DNA of 17,068 bases, taken from positions 1-17,068 of the forward strand of contig QAKK01000040.1 of assembly GCA_003343845.1 (NCBI GenBank), given 5' to 3'. The DNA comes from Oscillospiraceae bacterium. GTDB lineage: Bacteria > Bacillota > Clostridia > Oscillospirales > CAG-272. The position numbers and the translations under genes were made by a program. This document shows positions 6,905 through 15,947 of the stretch, one piece after another. Under the pieces are notes generated by a model. The model was not told where the DNA came from. It ran no database searches and saw only the letters and a program-made list of their open reading frames with translations. Within the stretch, counting starts at the first letter, position 1. Each line of letters opens with the position of its first letter.

Positions 6905-8428
6905 ATGAACCAGTTCAGACAGACAGCGGCGGCGGTGCTCCTTGCCGCATTGCTCCTGCTTGCCGGGTGCGGGACGCAGAACCCGACGGGCACCGACGGG
7001 ACGGACGACACGCAAACGCCGGAGGCGGAGCTTGTCGAGATTAAAAACGGGGTGGATCGGCCGGGATATTATTATGAAAACAATCTGACCGACAAGGCGG
7101 CGGATCCGTTCATCCTGTATGCCGACGACACATATTATCTCTATTGCACGGGCGGCTCGCGGTTCTCCGTGCGGCAGACCAAGTATCTGAATGCATGGCC
7201 GTCCGAGAGCAAGACGATCCTGCAGCTTTCGAGCCTCGGCTGGGCGCGGGAAAAGGGCTGGGCGCCCGAGGTATACGCCTATGAAGGCAAGTACTATATG
7301 ATCTTCTCGGCGCAAGGGTACAATGACCTGCACGCCATCGACATCGCGGTCTGCGATACGCCGGACGGCACCTTCAAGCCGCTTTCCTCCACGCCGTTCT
7401 TTGCGCCGACCTACAGCGTTATTGACGGCAGCCTGTTCTTCGATGACGACGGGCGCATCTACATGTACTATTCTAAGGACAATTCCACCAACACGATCGG
7501 CGGCAAACGCACGAGCCAGACCTACGGCATCGAGCTGGAAAAGGATTTCTCGGGCGTCATCGGCGAGCCGGTGCTTATCTCCACGCCGGAGCAGGAATGG
7601 GAACTGAAGAGCGGCTCTGTGGTCTGGAACGAGGGGCCGGTCGTCTTCAAGGAAAACGGCGTGTACTATCTGCTGTACAGTGCCAATTACTATGTCAGCG
7701 AGCATTACGCGGTCGGCTATGCCACATCCGATACGCCGCTTGCCAAGTTTGAAAAGCCGGACAATGCCCGCATTCTGCGCGGCAACGGGGAGACGGTCAC
7801 GGGGCCCGGGCACTGCAACATCCTGCGCTCACCGGACGGCAGTGAGTTGTATATGGTTTACCATGTACATACCGTACCGCCGGATACGAAAAACGGGCGC
7901 AGCCTTGCCATCGACCGCATGGTTATCCGTGCAGACGGCTCGATCGCCGTGGACGGACCGAGCGAAACGCGCCGTCCGCTCCCTTCCGGGGCAAACGGCT
8001 ATCGCCATGTGCATGACGGCTTCACCGCGACAGGAGAGGGCGAGAAAGCCGAGTTTGCCTCGTTCTCATCGGTGGACTTCCTGTTTGACGGCATTGCCAA
8101 GACGTCCTTTGAGAACATCTATTCCATGGATGAGGGCGGCAGCGTGACGATCACGCTCGACACGCCGACCGCGCTGACCTCGCTGATGCTCTATGCGCCG
8201 TCGCTTGCCGAATATGTGCCTGCCACCGTCGATGTGGAGATCAACGGCAAGTATATTCTGCGCGGGCTTGCGTTCTCATCGCGGCTCGGCAGCCCGGTGA
8301 CGGCAACGCTCAGCGGGCTCCCCGAGGGGACGGCGGTGGAAAGCGTGAAAGTCATCGCACACCTTGCCGACGGCAACGAATATGCCGCGCTCAGTGAGAT
8401 CGTGATGGTCACGGCACGCGAAAAATAA
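6905..8428 (+). CDS. Glycoside hydrolase family 43 lipoprotein (beta-xylosidase / alpha-L-arabinofuranosidase-type) with a C-terminal beta-sandwich domain.
   Basis: Lipobox LLLAGCG after an N-terminal signal. GH43 catalytic motifs are AADPFILY (base Asp), the DGSLFFDDDG region, and WNEGPVVF (acid Glu). The 5-bladed propeller length is consistent. The C-terminal ~170 aa are an extra domain. Confidence 0.85.
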   Translation: MNQFRQTAAAVLLAALLLLAGCGTQNPTGTDGTDDTQTPEAELVEIKNGVDRPGYYYENNLTDKAADPFILYADDTYYLYCTGGSRFSVRQTKYLNAWPSESKTILQLSSLGWAREKGWAPEVYAYEGKYYMIFSAQGYNDLHAIDIAVCDTPDGTFKPLSSTPFFAPTYSVIDGSLFFDDDGRIYMYYSKDNSTNTIGGKRTSQTYGIELEKDFSGVIGEPVLISTPEQEWELKSGSVVWNEGPVVFKENGVYYLLYSANYYVSEHYAVGYATSDTPLAKFEKPDNARILRGNGETVTGPGHCNILRSPDGSELYMVYHVHTVPPDTKNGRSLAIDRMVIRADGSIAVDGPSETRRPLPSGANGYRHVHDGFTATGEGEKAEFASFSSVDFLFDGIAKTSFENIYSMDEGGSVTITLDTPTALTSLMLYAPSLAEYVPATVDVEINGKYILRGLAFSSRLGSPVTATLSGLPEGTAVESVKVIAHLADGNEYAALSEIVMVTAREK

Positions 8429-8460
8429 AAAATCAGCCGCCCGCGGGCGGCTGATTCAAT
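8424..8460. terminator. Bidirectional rho-independent terminator.
   Basis: 12-bp stem AATCAGCCGCCC / GGGCGGCTGATT (8431-8456) with a 2-nt loop. An upstream A-run gives a U-tract for the minus strand. A second imperfect GC-rich hairpin at about 8501-8531 abuts the minus-gene stop. Confidence 0.7.
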
Positions 8461-8532
8461 GTATCGGTAAATGTATCGGTATGGGCATTCGGTAAGACCG
8501 CAGGGCGGGGGCGGCTTGCTCCCGCCGCCTGC

Positions 8533-9147
8533 TCACTCCGTCAGCGCCTTTTTATCGGCGGCGGTCAGCTTGTAGACTTCCGGCTCACGGCTGGCGTCGC
8601 GCAGTTCAAGGCTTGCGTAGGGGGATGCGGTGTAATCCGCATTGTTCGCATAGTACACGTCGATGTAGAGCGTGTCCAGCATGGCGGCGCTGACCCCCTC
8701 AAAGACGTAGCGGCGGTAAGAATACAACCCGAACGCGGTTGTAAAGGTGTAGGTCGTCGGATGGATGCGTTCATGTCCGTCCGCAAACAGCGAGACGTCC
8801 AGCGGCAGATCGCGCCCGTTCGTCTCGGCAAAGCCGAAGTCCTCCGCCATGATCGCAAGCAGGGAATTGTTGTAGCGCAGGGTCACGATCAGCGTTTCCG
8901 CGGACGGAATGTAGATCGGCTGGTGCGAGAAGAACTTGCTCTTCTGATGGTCGTCGTAGAGCGTGCGCGCCTCCCAGGTCTCGGCGTCGAGCGTCCCCGC
9001 GGCATAGGCGGTCTTCAGCGCATCGGTCGGGATAATACCCTCGGCGGCAGGCGGATAGTGATTGACCGTGTAGATGCGGAAGGACATCAGCAGCACGACC
9101 CCGATGATGATGAGCAGTGCGAATGTTTTGAAGATTTTTTTCAGCAT
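8533..9147 (-). CDS. Hypothetical N-terminally membrane-anchored protein (204 aa).
   Basis: ATG 9145-9147 with an AGAGAGG RBS. Transmembrane helix FKTFALLIIIGVVLLMSF. The rest is probably extracytoplasmic and has no motif I recognise. Confidence 0.6.
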   Translation of the reverse strand: MLKKIFKTFALLIIIGVVLLMSFRIYTVNHYPPAAEGIIPTDALKTAYAAGTLDAETWEARTLYDDHQKSKFFSHQPIYIPSAETLIVTLRYNNSLLAIMAEDFGFAETNGRDLPLDVSLFADGHERIHPTTYTFTTAFGLYSYRRYVFEGVSAAMLDTLYIDVYYANNADYTASPYASLELRDASREPEVYKLTAADKKALTE

Positions 9148-9181
9148 GGCAGCCTCTCTTGATTCAAAATGTACATGCTAT

Positions 9182-9210
9182 AGTATACCGTATTTCATCT
9201 GCCGTGTCAA
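9182..9210 (-). promoter_or_regulatory. Consensus promoter (minus strand) for the 8533-9147 gene: TTGACA, 17-bp spacer, TATACT.
   Basis: On the minus strand the -35 is at 9205-9210 and the -10 at 9182-9187. It is embedded in the palindrome TGTCAAgTTTGACg. Confidence 0.65.
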
Positions 9211-9255
9211 GTTTGACGAAAGCACGGATTTTTGCGGAATTTATCAACTTTTTTC

Positions 9256-9284
9256 TTGACAACGGCATTTGCACGGTGTATAAT
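9256..9284 (+). promoter_or_regulatory. Perfect consensus sigma-A promoter for yceD-rpmF: TTGACA, 17-bp spacer, TATAAT, preceded by TG.
   Basis: -35 at 9256-9261 and -10 at 9279-9284, with TG immediately upstream of the -10. Confidence 0.8.
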
Positions 9285-9335
9285 GTCTTATGTTGCATTC
9301 CTGTGCCTGTCGCACTTGTGCATCACGGAGGATCT

Positions 9336-9878
9336 ATGGTACTCGATATTACACCGCTTCTTTCGGGTGAGAAAAAGAAACTGGATGTTGACTATATGCT
9401 GACCGTTTCGGCAGACGAAACCACGAGCGGCGCGGTCAATCTTTCCGGCGTACAGTTTCCCGAGGCGGCGCGTGTTGTCGGCGAGATCACGGACAATGCA
9501 GGCTATATGCGCCTGACGCTTTCGGTCACGCTGCCGTATGTCACGGCTTGCGCCCGCTGCGCAAGAGAAGTACGCGGCGCGTTTTCCATGCACTTTGCAC
9601 GCACGGTCGTGCCCGAGGGCATGGTTGAGGATGCGGAAGAGAAAGAGGAAGACTTCGCCGTTGCGAAGAGCGGCAAGCTCGACATTGACGAGCAGCTGCT
9701 TGAACTGCTGGAACTCGACTTCCCGACACGCATTCTCTGCCGGGAGGATTGTAAGGGACTGTGCCAGCGCTGCGGCAAGGATCTCAATGAAGGTCCGTGC
9801 GATTGCCCGACGGTCGAGATCAACCCCGCGTTTGCAAGTCTGCTTGCAAAGTTTGATGAAGAAGAAAAGAATAAATAA
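9336..9878 (+). CDS. yceD: YceD/DUF177 family protein (23S rRNA accumulation protein).
   Basis: ATG 9336 with GGAGGA at 9327-9332. The characteristic C-terminal cluster CREDCKGLCQRCGKDLNEGPCDC and the acidic tail. The tracked upstream extension from 9159 is rejected: no RBS, and it overlaps the promoter. Confidence 0.85.
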   Translation: MVLDITPLLSGEKKKLDVDYMLTVSADETTSGAVNLSGVQFPEAARVVGEITDNAGYMRLTLSVTLPYVTACARCAREVRGAFSMHFARTVVPEGMVEDAEEKEEDFAVAKSGKLDIDEQLLELLELDFPTRILCREDCKGLCQRCGKDLNEGPCDCPTVEINPAFASLLAKFDEEEKNK

Positions 9879-9928
9879 TATAAAGTTAAAGCACAGTTTT
9901 GTGCAAGCATCTAAGGAGGTGTTTCCGA

Positions 9929-10111
9929 ATGGCAGTACCGAAGAGAAAGGTATCGAAGGCTCGCAGAGACAAGAGACGCTCGAACGTCTGGAAGCTCGCG
10001 CTGCCGGGCATGGTCAAGTGCCCCAAGTGCGGCGAGTACAACCGCGCACACCGCGTTTGCGGCGCATGCGGCTACTACAAGGGCGAGGAAATCGTAAAGA
10101 AGGAAGCGTAA
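9929..10111 (+). CDS. rpmF: 50S ribosomal protein L32.
   Basis: [17 protein letters not shown]...[31 protein letters not shown] is 9 nt upstream. The tracked upstream start at 9899 is rejected. Confidence 0.95.
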   Translation: MAVPKRKVSKARRDKRRSNVWKLALPGMVKCPKCGEYNRAHRVCGACGYYKGEEIVKKEA

Positions 10112-10119
10112 GTCTTCTT

Positions 10120-10152
10120 GAAAAAGCGGAACGCATTGCGTTCCGCTTTTTC
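10120..10152 (+). terminator. Rho-independent terminator after rpmF.
   Basis: Stem AGCGGAACGC / GCGTTCCGCT (10125-10147) followed by TTTTT. Confidence 0.85.
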
Positions 10153-10161
10153 GTTATGTAA

Positions 10162-10198
10162 GAAAGCGGGGCGCATCGCGCCCCGCTTGTATCTTTTA
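10162..10198. terminator. Second (tandem / bidirectional) terminator.
   Basis: Stem AGCGGGGCGC / GCGCCCCGCT (10165-10187) followed by TGTATCTTTT. It also lies 17 nt downstream of the minus-strand regulator stop. Confidence 0.75.
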
Positions 10199-10214
10199 TG
10201 CGATTCTCGACCGC

Positions 10215-11312
10215 TTACGATAAAAATACCTTCATGACGTCGATGACTTCATCGCGCGTCTCAAATCCGGAGATGGAAATGATGCGTTTCAACCGATATT
10301 TGATCGTACTCTCGGAAACATGCAGAATCTCCGCGATGTCAAAATACCGATAGCCCTTGATGATCAGCTTGAGCAGATCAATGTCGATCGCGTCGCAGGC
10401 AGACAGAATTTTTTCCGCCTGAAAGATGCGGGACACGCTCGGGTCGTTGTGAAAGCCGCCTGCACCTGCGCTCGGCAGATGCACCGTGCCCAGCGTCTTT
10501 TCCACGATCGGCAGGGAAGCGGTGGTGTCGCCGATGATCAGTTCACAGCGGATCTTCGTGCTGATGCCGGAAATATTCTCGGAGGCGGTGAGCAGACGGC
10601 ACATGGCAACGGTCTGCTTGCCGATCTCGGGGCAGTTGAGCCGCGCCATGGTCAGGCTCTTGCTGCCGCAGGTGCTGATCGCCATGTCGCCGAACGTGCA
10701 GAGAAACAGGTCTTCGGGGATGCGGACGCCTGCCGCGGTGAGCTGGTGCATCAGAATGACCGCGCCCGCATCGTTGGCACAGATGACCGCATCGTAGTTG
10801 CGGCAGACCTCAAGAAACTTCTTGCAGGTCGCGTTCATCAGCCCGTCCGCGCCGGTGTAATAGAACACGTCGCGTTCCCGGCAGCGGTCGTAGGACAGAA
10901 ACGCATCCTTTTTGATCATATCGGTCGCCGAGTCGGTGCTGACCGCAAACAGGGCGATCCGCCCGCGCTCGTAGCGGCGCAGGTATTCAATCAGCTGATA
11001 GGTCGCCTCGCGGTAGTCCATGTAGACATAGCTCGCATGGCGGTAATTGTCGCGGGAGGCGCCGCCGATGATCACCGGCTCCACGCCGACGGCGGACAGG
11101 GTGTCTGCCGCATTTGCCGTCCATGCCCGGGAAGTGGAAAGGATGGCGGCGCAGGTCGGTTTCTCGGTGCGAAAACGCGCCAGCGCGTCGTCGAGTGACA
11201 GAAGTGCGAGTGTGTCGCCCTTGCGTTTGGCTTCGGCACGCGCGCCCTTCAGATACAGGGCGCACCAGTGCGTGGCATCCGCGCCCGGCTGGCAGACGAT
11301 TGAGATCTGCAT
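10215..11312 (-). CDS. Transcriptional regulator with an N-terminal LacI-type periplasmic-binding-protein-like sugar-binding domain and a C-terminal LuxR/GerE HTH.
   Basis: C-terminal LKLIIKGYRYFDIAEILHVSESTIKYRLKRI is a LuxR-type HTH. The N-terminal ~280 aa have the Peripla_BP_3-like pattern (VIIGGASRDNYRHASYVYMDYREATYQLIEYL). RBS AAGGGGGA. Confidence 0.7.
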   Translation of the reverse strand: MQISIVCQPGADATHWCALYLKGARAEAKRKGDTLALLSLDDALARFRTEKPTCAAILSTSRAWTANAADTLSAVGVEPVIIGGASRDNYRHASYVYMDYREATYQLIEYLRRYERGRIALFAVSTDSATDMIKKDAFLSYDRCRERDVFYYTGADGLMNATCKKFLEVCRNYDAVICANDAGAVILMHQLTAAGVRIPEDLFLCTFGDMAISTCGSKSLTMARLNCPEIGKQTVAMCRLLTASENISGISTKIRCELIIGDTTASLPIVEKTLGTVHLPSAGAGGFHNDPSVSRIFQAEKILSACDAIDIDLLKLIIKGYRYFDIAEILHVSESTIKYRLKRIISISGFETRDEVIDVMKVFLS

Positions 11313-11353
11313 GGCATGTCCCCCTTTTCAGGCGATCAGTCTTGTGACAAATT

Positions 11354-11389
11354 ATTTTACTGCATGCTTTCGGATTTGTCAAGACAAAT
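11354..11389 (-). promoter_or_regulatory. Regulator promoter (minus strand: TTGACA, 17-bp spacer, TAAAAT) overlapped by the 16-bp perfect palindrome ATTTGTCAAGACAAAT.
   Basis: On the minus strand the -35 is at 11377-11382 and the -10 at 11354-11359. The palindrome spans 11374-11389. A related half-site TGTGACAAAT is at 11343-11352. Confidence 0.65.
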
Positions 11390-11438
11390 GTGTAAAAACG
11401 CACTTTTTTTTATTGATATTGTACCGGTTGCCTCGATA

Positions 11439-11447
11439 TGGTAGAAT
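11439..11447 (+). promoter_or_regulatory. Extended -10 promoter element TGgTAGAAT for the DUF5107 gene.
   Basis: TAGAAT at 11442-11447 with TG at 11439-11440. There is no good -35. RBS AAAGGAGA is at 11483-11490 and ATG at 11499. Confidence 0.5.
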
Positions 11448-11498
11448 GAGCACAGAAAGCAAAAATTCTTTTTTTACATCTAAAAGGAGAACAAATTC

Positions 11499-14400
11499 AT
11501 GGCTCAGAAAGCAACCGCAAAGTTTGAGGATCTTATCATCCCGACTTACAAACCCGGAGCGAGCGAAGCGCTTCCGATGTTTTTTGAGAAGAAGCCGTAT
11601 CAGGGTGCGACCGGGCATCTGTATCCGATCCCGTTCACGACCCGCATCAGCGACAAGAAACAGGACGTGACCTATCACGCCGCAGTGCTCGAAAATGAGT
11701 ACATCAAGCTCGAGGTCCTGCCCGAGATCGGCGGCAAGATCCAGCGTGCGCTGGATAAGACCAATGATTACGATTTTGTTTATCACAATAAGGTCATCAA
11801 GCCGGCAATGGTCGGTCTTGCAGGTCCGTGGGTGTCCGGCGGTATTGAGTTCAACTGGCCGCAGCACCACCGTCCGACGACCTTCATGCCGTTGGAAGCC
11901 ACCATCACCGAGCGTGAGAACGGCGAGAAGACGGTCTGGGTCGGCGAGGTGGATCCGCTGCTCCGCATGAAGGGCATGGCGGGCATCACCATTGTCCCCG
12001 GCAAGTCCTATTTCAAGGCGGAGGTGCAGGTCTACAACCGCACGCCCTATCCGCAGCCCTTTATGTGGTGGGCAAACCTTGCTGTCGAGATCAACGAAGA
12101 CTACCGCACGGTGTTCCCGCCGGATGTTGAGTGGGTCAACGACCATGACCGCCGCGCCATCCTGGAGTGGCCGATTGCCAAAGGCGTGTACCACACCGCG
12201 CGTCCCTTTGACTTCGGCAAGGGCACCGATATCCATAACCTCGCAAACGTGCGCGTTCCCTCGTCCTATCTGGTTTCCAAGGGACAGAGCGACGCGGATT
12301 ACATCTCCGGCTACGATGTGGGCAGAGAGTGCGGCATCGTGACCGTTGCCAACCACCACATCGCTCCCGGCAAGAAGCTGTGGCACTGGGGCAACCATCC
12401 CTTCGGCGACAAGTGGTGCTCCAACCTCACCGACGACGGCTCCAAGTACGTCGAGCTGATGACCGGTGTTTACACCGACAACCAGCCTGACTTCACCTGG
12501 ATCATGCCCTACGAGACCAAGACCTTTGAACAGTATTGGTATCCCGTCAAGGACATCGGCGAGACCAAGAATGCCACCATCGACGCGGCAATCAACGTGG
12601 AGAAGCGCGACGGCAAGCTGTTTGTCGGTGTTTACGCAACCGGCGCATACAAGAATGCAAAGCTGGTGATCCGCCACGGCGATGCCACCATTGAAGAGAC
12701 CATCAAGGACATTTCGCCCGAGAAGACCTTCACCAAGTCCTACGAGATCAAGGGACTGGATATGAAGAAGGTTTCGGTCGATTTCCTCACGGCGGACGGC
12801 GTCAAGCTGGTGGACTACCGCTACTACGAGCGCGGGCACAAGAAGCCGATCGAACCCCGCAAGCCCGCTCTGCCGCCCTGCGAGATCAAGACGAACGAAG
12901 AACTGTACATCAACGGCAAGCATCTGGAGCAGTACAAGCACTTCGCATATGAGCCCGCAGACTACTACCTCGAGGCACTTTCCCGCGATGACGGCGACAG
13001 CCGCTGCAACACCGCAATGGGCAACATGCGCCTGAAGGAAGGCAGATTTGAGGAAGCCATCGCTTACTATGACAAGGCGATCGCACGCCTCACCCTGCGC
13101 AACGATAACCCCTACGACGTCGAGGCGCTCTACCACAAGGGCATCGCACTGCGTTACCTCGGCAAGCTCGACGAAGCATATGACTATCTCTACAGAAGCA
13201 TCTGGAGTCAGGATTATGCGGCAGCCGGCTACTATGCACTTGCCGGCATCGATTGCATCCGCGGCGACTACGATGAGGCTGTGAAGAAGCTCGACCTCTG
13301 CCTGACCTACGGCTCGATGAACCTCGAGGCGCTCAAACGCAAGGCGGAGATCACCGGCGACAAGGCGATCTTCGACAAGATCCGCGAGATCGACCCGCTC
13401 TTTGACGTCCTGCCCGACAAGCATGAGTATTTCATCGACCGTGCGGTCGAATTCATGAATGCAGGTATGACCGACAAGGCGGTTGCCATCCTGAAGAAGG
13501 CTGACGCAAAGCGTCCGCTCGTCAACTACTATCTCGGTTACCTCACCGGCGACAAGAAGTACTACGAGAAGGCAGACAAGTGCGATTGGAGCTGCGCATT
13601 CCCGGCGCGTCTCGACGACATCGCCGTCCTTAAGGCTGCAAACACCGGCATGGCGAAGTATTACCTCGGCTGCCTGTACTATGACAGACGCCGCTATGAG
13701 GATGCAATCGCAATGTGGGAGGCGGCAGACCGTGAGCTCGGCGGCTTTGCACCCGCTTGCCGCAACCTCGGCTTGGCTTACTTCGACAAGCGCGGCGACT
13801 TCACCGGTGCAGAGAAGGCGCTTAGGAAGGCGCTCGACCTCGACAACGGCAAGAACGACCGGATCTTCTTCGAGTTTGCACAGCTGTACAAGAACGGCGG
13901 CAAGAGCGTCGAAGAGCGTCTCGCCCTGCACGAGAAGTATGCAAAGCTCAGTGCAATGCGCGACGACTGCACGCTGGATCACTCGATCCTGCTCACCGAA
14001 CTCGGCAGATATGATGAGGCAAAGGCGCTGCTCGACGGTCACTGGTTCCATACTTATGAGGGCGGCGAGGGCAACCTCACGCGTCACCATGCATGGCTGA
14101 TGACCCTGATCGGCAAGAAACTTGCCGCAGAAGGGAAGTATAAGGAAGCCATCGAGGCATACAAGAGCGGCTATACCTTCCCGCTGTGCTACGGCGAGGA
14201 GAAGAACTACTTCGCACAGGAGAGCCACCTTGGCTACGGTCTGGCAATGGCATACAAGGCGGACGGCAACAAGCGCGAGTACGAGAAGGCGCTGAAGAGC
14301 GCCATGACCGACCACGCAGCCCCATCCGAGATCAGCTACTTCCGCGCGCTTGCTTTCTATGAGGCAGGCGAGATCAGCGCGGCGCATGCGCTCTGCGAGG

Positions 14401-14651
14401 AGATGATCGCGGCGGGCAAGGAGAAGATCCGCGATAAGGACATTCCCGCTTACTACGGCGTCGGTTCGCCCTGCCCGTGCCCGTTCGAGTACAACTTCCC
14501 GAAGATCAACACGGTCAAGGGTCTTGTGCTGGAGGCATTCGGCGAGCTCGGACTCGGTCGCGTCATCGAGGCGAAGGAGCACATTGCCGAGGCAAAGAAA
14601 CTCGACGTCACGAACTTTGCGGTCGCGATGTTTGAGGAATTCTGCAAATAA
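11499..14651 (+). CDS. Large cytoplasmic DUF5107-like N-terminal domain protein with a C-terminal TPR-repeat array (1050 aa).
   Basis: No signal peptide. The N-terminal ~450 aa carry conserved Trp/His-rich motifs (WPQHHRP, WHWGNHPFGDKW, FEQYWYPV), which I recall as the DUF5107 family. Residues ~480-1040 are TPR-like (repeated A..Y..A/LG...Y.EA patterns). The family assignment is from memory and is not verified. Confidence 0.6.
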   Translation: MAQKATAKFEDLIIPTYKPGASEALPMFFEKKPYQGATGHLYPIPFTTRISDKKQDVTYHAAVLENEYIKLEVLPEIGGKIQRALDKTNDYDFVYHNKVIKPAMVGLAGPWVSGGIEFNWPQHHRPTTFMPLEATITERENGEKTVWVGEVDPLLRMKGMAGITIVPGKSYFKAEVQVYNRTPYPQPFMWWANLAVEINEDYRTVFPPDVEWVNDHDRRAILEWPIAKGVYHTARPFDFGKGTDIHNLANVRVPSSYLVSKGQSDADYISGYDVGRECGIVTVANHHIAPGKKLWHWGNHPFGDKWCSNLTDDGSKYVELMTGVYTDNQPDFTWIMPYETKTFEQYWYPVKDIGETKNATIDAAINVEKRDGKLFVGVYATGAYKNAKLVIRHGDATIEETIKDISPEKTFTKSYEIKGLDMKKVSVDFLTADGVKLVDYRYYERGHKKPIEPRKPALPPCEIKTNEELYINGKHLEQYKHFAYEPADYYLEALSRDDGDSRCNTAMGNMRLKEGRFEEAIAYYDKAIARLTLRNDNPYDVEALYHKGIALRYLGKLDEAYDYLYRSIWSQDYAAAGYYALAGIDCIRGDYDEAVKKLDLCLTYGSMNLEALKRKAEITGDKAIFDKIREIDPLFDVLPDKHEYFIDRAVEFMNAGMTDKAVAILKKADAKRPLVNYYLGYLTGDKKYYEKADKCDWSCAFPARLDDIAVLKAANTGMAKYYLGCLYYDRRRYEDAIAMWEAADRELGGFAPACRNLGLAYFDKRGDFTGAEKALRKALDLDNGKNDRIFFEFAQLYKNGGKSVEERLALHEKYAKLSAMRDDCTLDHSILLTELGRYDEAKALLDGHWFHTYEGGEGNLTRHHAWLMTLIGKKLAAEGKYKEAIEAYKSGYTFPLCYGEEKNYFAQESHLGYGLAMAYKADGNKREYEKALKSAMTDHAAPSEISYFRALAFYEAGEISAAHALCEEMIAAGKEKIRDKDIPAYYGVGSPCPCPFEYNFPKINTVKGLVLEAFGELGLGRVIEAKEHIAEAKKLDVTNFAVAMFEEFCK

Positions 14652-14663
14652 GATTTACGGGGA

Positions 14664-14694
14664 GAGCCGATCGGGGATTTCCCCGATCGGCAGT
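14664..14694 (+). terminator. Stem-loop after the DUF5107 gene; a weak intrinsic terminator.
   Basis: 11-bp stem GCCGATCGGGG / CCCCGATCGGC (14666-14691) with loop ATTT. The trailing U-tract is poor. Confidence 0.45.
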
Positions 14695-14743
14695 CTCTGT
14701 ATATGACATTATTATATAATGTAGTTTTTCGGAGGAAAAAGCA

Positions 14744-15838
14744 ATGGGACAGAAATGGTCCAAGGAAAAAGCCTGGGAATGGTACAACAGCCGCCCGTGG
14801 ATCCGCGGCTTCAACTATATTTCCTGCGGCGCGGTCAACCGCATCGAGCAGTGGCAGGAATTTGAGCACGATCGCATTGAGGAGTGCTTCCGCGTAGAGC
14901 TGAAGCTGGCGCATGAGACCGGGTTCAACGCCGTGCGCTCGATCCTGCCCTATGAGGTGTGGGGGCGTCAGCACGACAGCTTCATGAAGTATCTCGAGAC
15001 CTATCTTGAGATTTGTGCGGAGAATGAGCTCGGCGTCATGATCTGCTTCGGCAATGACTGCACCGTCCCCGCAGAGGAATACAAGCTGCCGGAATTCGGT
15101 CCGCAGCATGTGGACTACGGCTATCACGGCGGCATGGCACGCTCTCCGCATGACGTGCTGGCGTCGAACGGCAAGTCGCCGCTCGATGTGCCCGAATACG
15201 CCGAGGACTTCTGCCGCATGGTGGACGAGATCGTCGGCAAGTATGCAAAGGATGAGCGTGTCATCGTCTGGGACATCTTCAACGAGATCGGCAACAGTCG
15301 CCGTTGGATGCTGAGCGTGCCGTGGATGGAGCGCTTCTTCGAGATCGCGCGTTCGCACGACCCGATTCAGCCGCTGACTGCCTGCGCATGGACGCTGAAC
15401 CCCGGTCACGAGCCCTGCGAGCCCGAGCGTATCGCGATGGAGCTCTCCGATGTTATCAGCTACCATGATTACAGAGACTATCAGACCTCGATCGACATCA
15501 TTGATATGCTGCAGATGCGGTATGACCGTCCGCTGTTCAACACCGAGTGGCTGCACAGAATGCAGGGCAACAAGATCCAGTCGCATCTGCCGCTCTTCTA
15601 TCTCGAGAAGATCGCCTGCTTCAACTGGGGTCTCGTCGTCGGCAAGAGCCAGAACAACGAGCCTTGGGAAGCCATCTGGCGCAGATGGGAAAAGGGCGAG
15701 GGCGAAAATTACGATTTCACCCAGTGGCAGCATGAGCTCTTCCGCCCGAATCTCCGCCCGTATGACCCCAAAGAGCTCCGTGTCATGAAAAAGTACTTTG
15801 AAAAAGCGGACGAACGCTTCAAAATGTGCAAAAAATGA
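14744..15838 (+). CDS. Cytoplasmic clan GH-A (beta/alpha)8 glycoside hydrolase, GH5/GH113-like (putative beta-mannanase/xylanase-type).
   Basis: RBS GGAGGA is at 14731-14736. The N-terminus WSKEKAWEWYNSRPWIRGFNYISCGAVNRIEQWQ is typical of intracellular GH5-like enzymes. The acid/base motif is VWDIFNEIGN and the candidate nucleophile lies in LFNTEWLH. There is no signal peptide. Confidence 0.65.
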   Translation: MGQKWSKEKAWEWYNSRPWIRGFNYISCGAVNRIEQWQEFEHDRIEECFRVELKLAHETGFNAVRSILPYEVWGRQHDSFMKYLETYLEICAENELGVMICFGNDCTVPAEEYKLPEFGPQHVDYGYHGGMARSPHDVLASNGKSPLDVPEYAEDFCRMVDEIVGKYAKDERVIVWDIFNEIGNSRRWMLSVPWMERFFEIARSHDPIQPLTACAWTLNPGHEPCEPERIAMELSDVISYHDYRDYQTSIDIIDMLQMRYDRPLFNTEWLHRMQGNKIQSHLPLFYLEKIACFNWGLVVGKSQNNEPWEAIWRRWEKGEGENYDFTQWQHELFRPNLRPYDPKELRVMKKYFEKADERFKMCKK

Positions 15839-15947
15839 CAGTCATACAAAAATTCCGCACAAAAACCGAAAAAAATTCACACATCATTTTGTAAAAGCTG
15901 TAGTATAATAAATACAGCAAAAATATTTTTTTTGGAGGAAAAACCTA

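Noticed and set aside
6539-7813. The 424-aa minus-strand ORF overlapping the cat promoter region and the GH43 gene.
   Set aside because: The + strand encodes a clear GH43 lipoprotein with promoter and RBS. The minus translation is Arg/Ala-rich nonsense typical of the GC3 antisense frame.
8461-8495. Short direct repeat ATGTATCGGTA x2 between the terminators.
   Set aside because: It is only 11 bp x2 in an intergenic spacer. It is probably a slippage duplication with no evident function.
10320-11198. The 292-aa + strand ORF inside the regulator gene.
   Set aside because: It is antisense to a gene with a recognisable LuxR HTH and LacI-like domain. It has no RBS and a low-complexity product.
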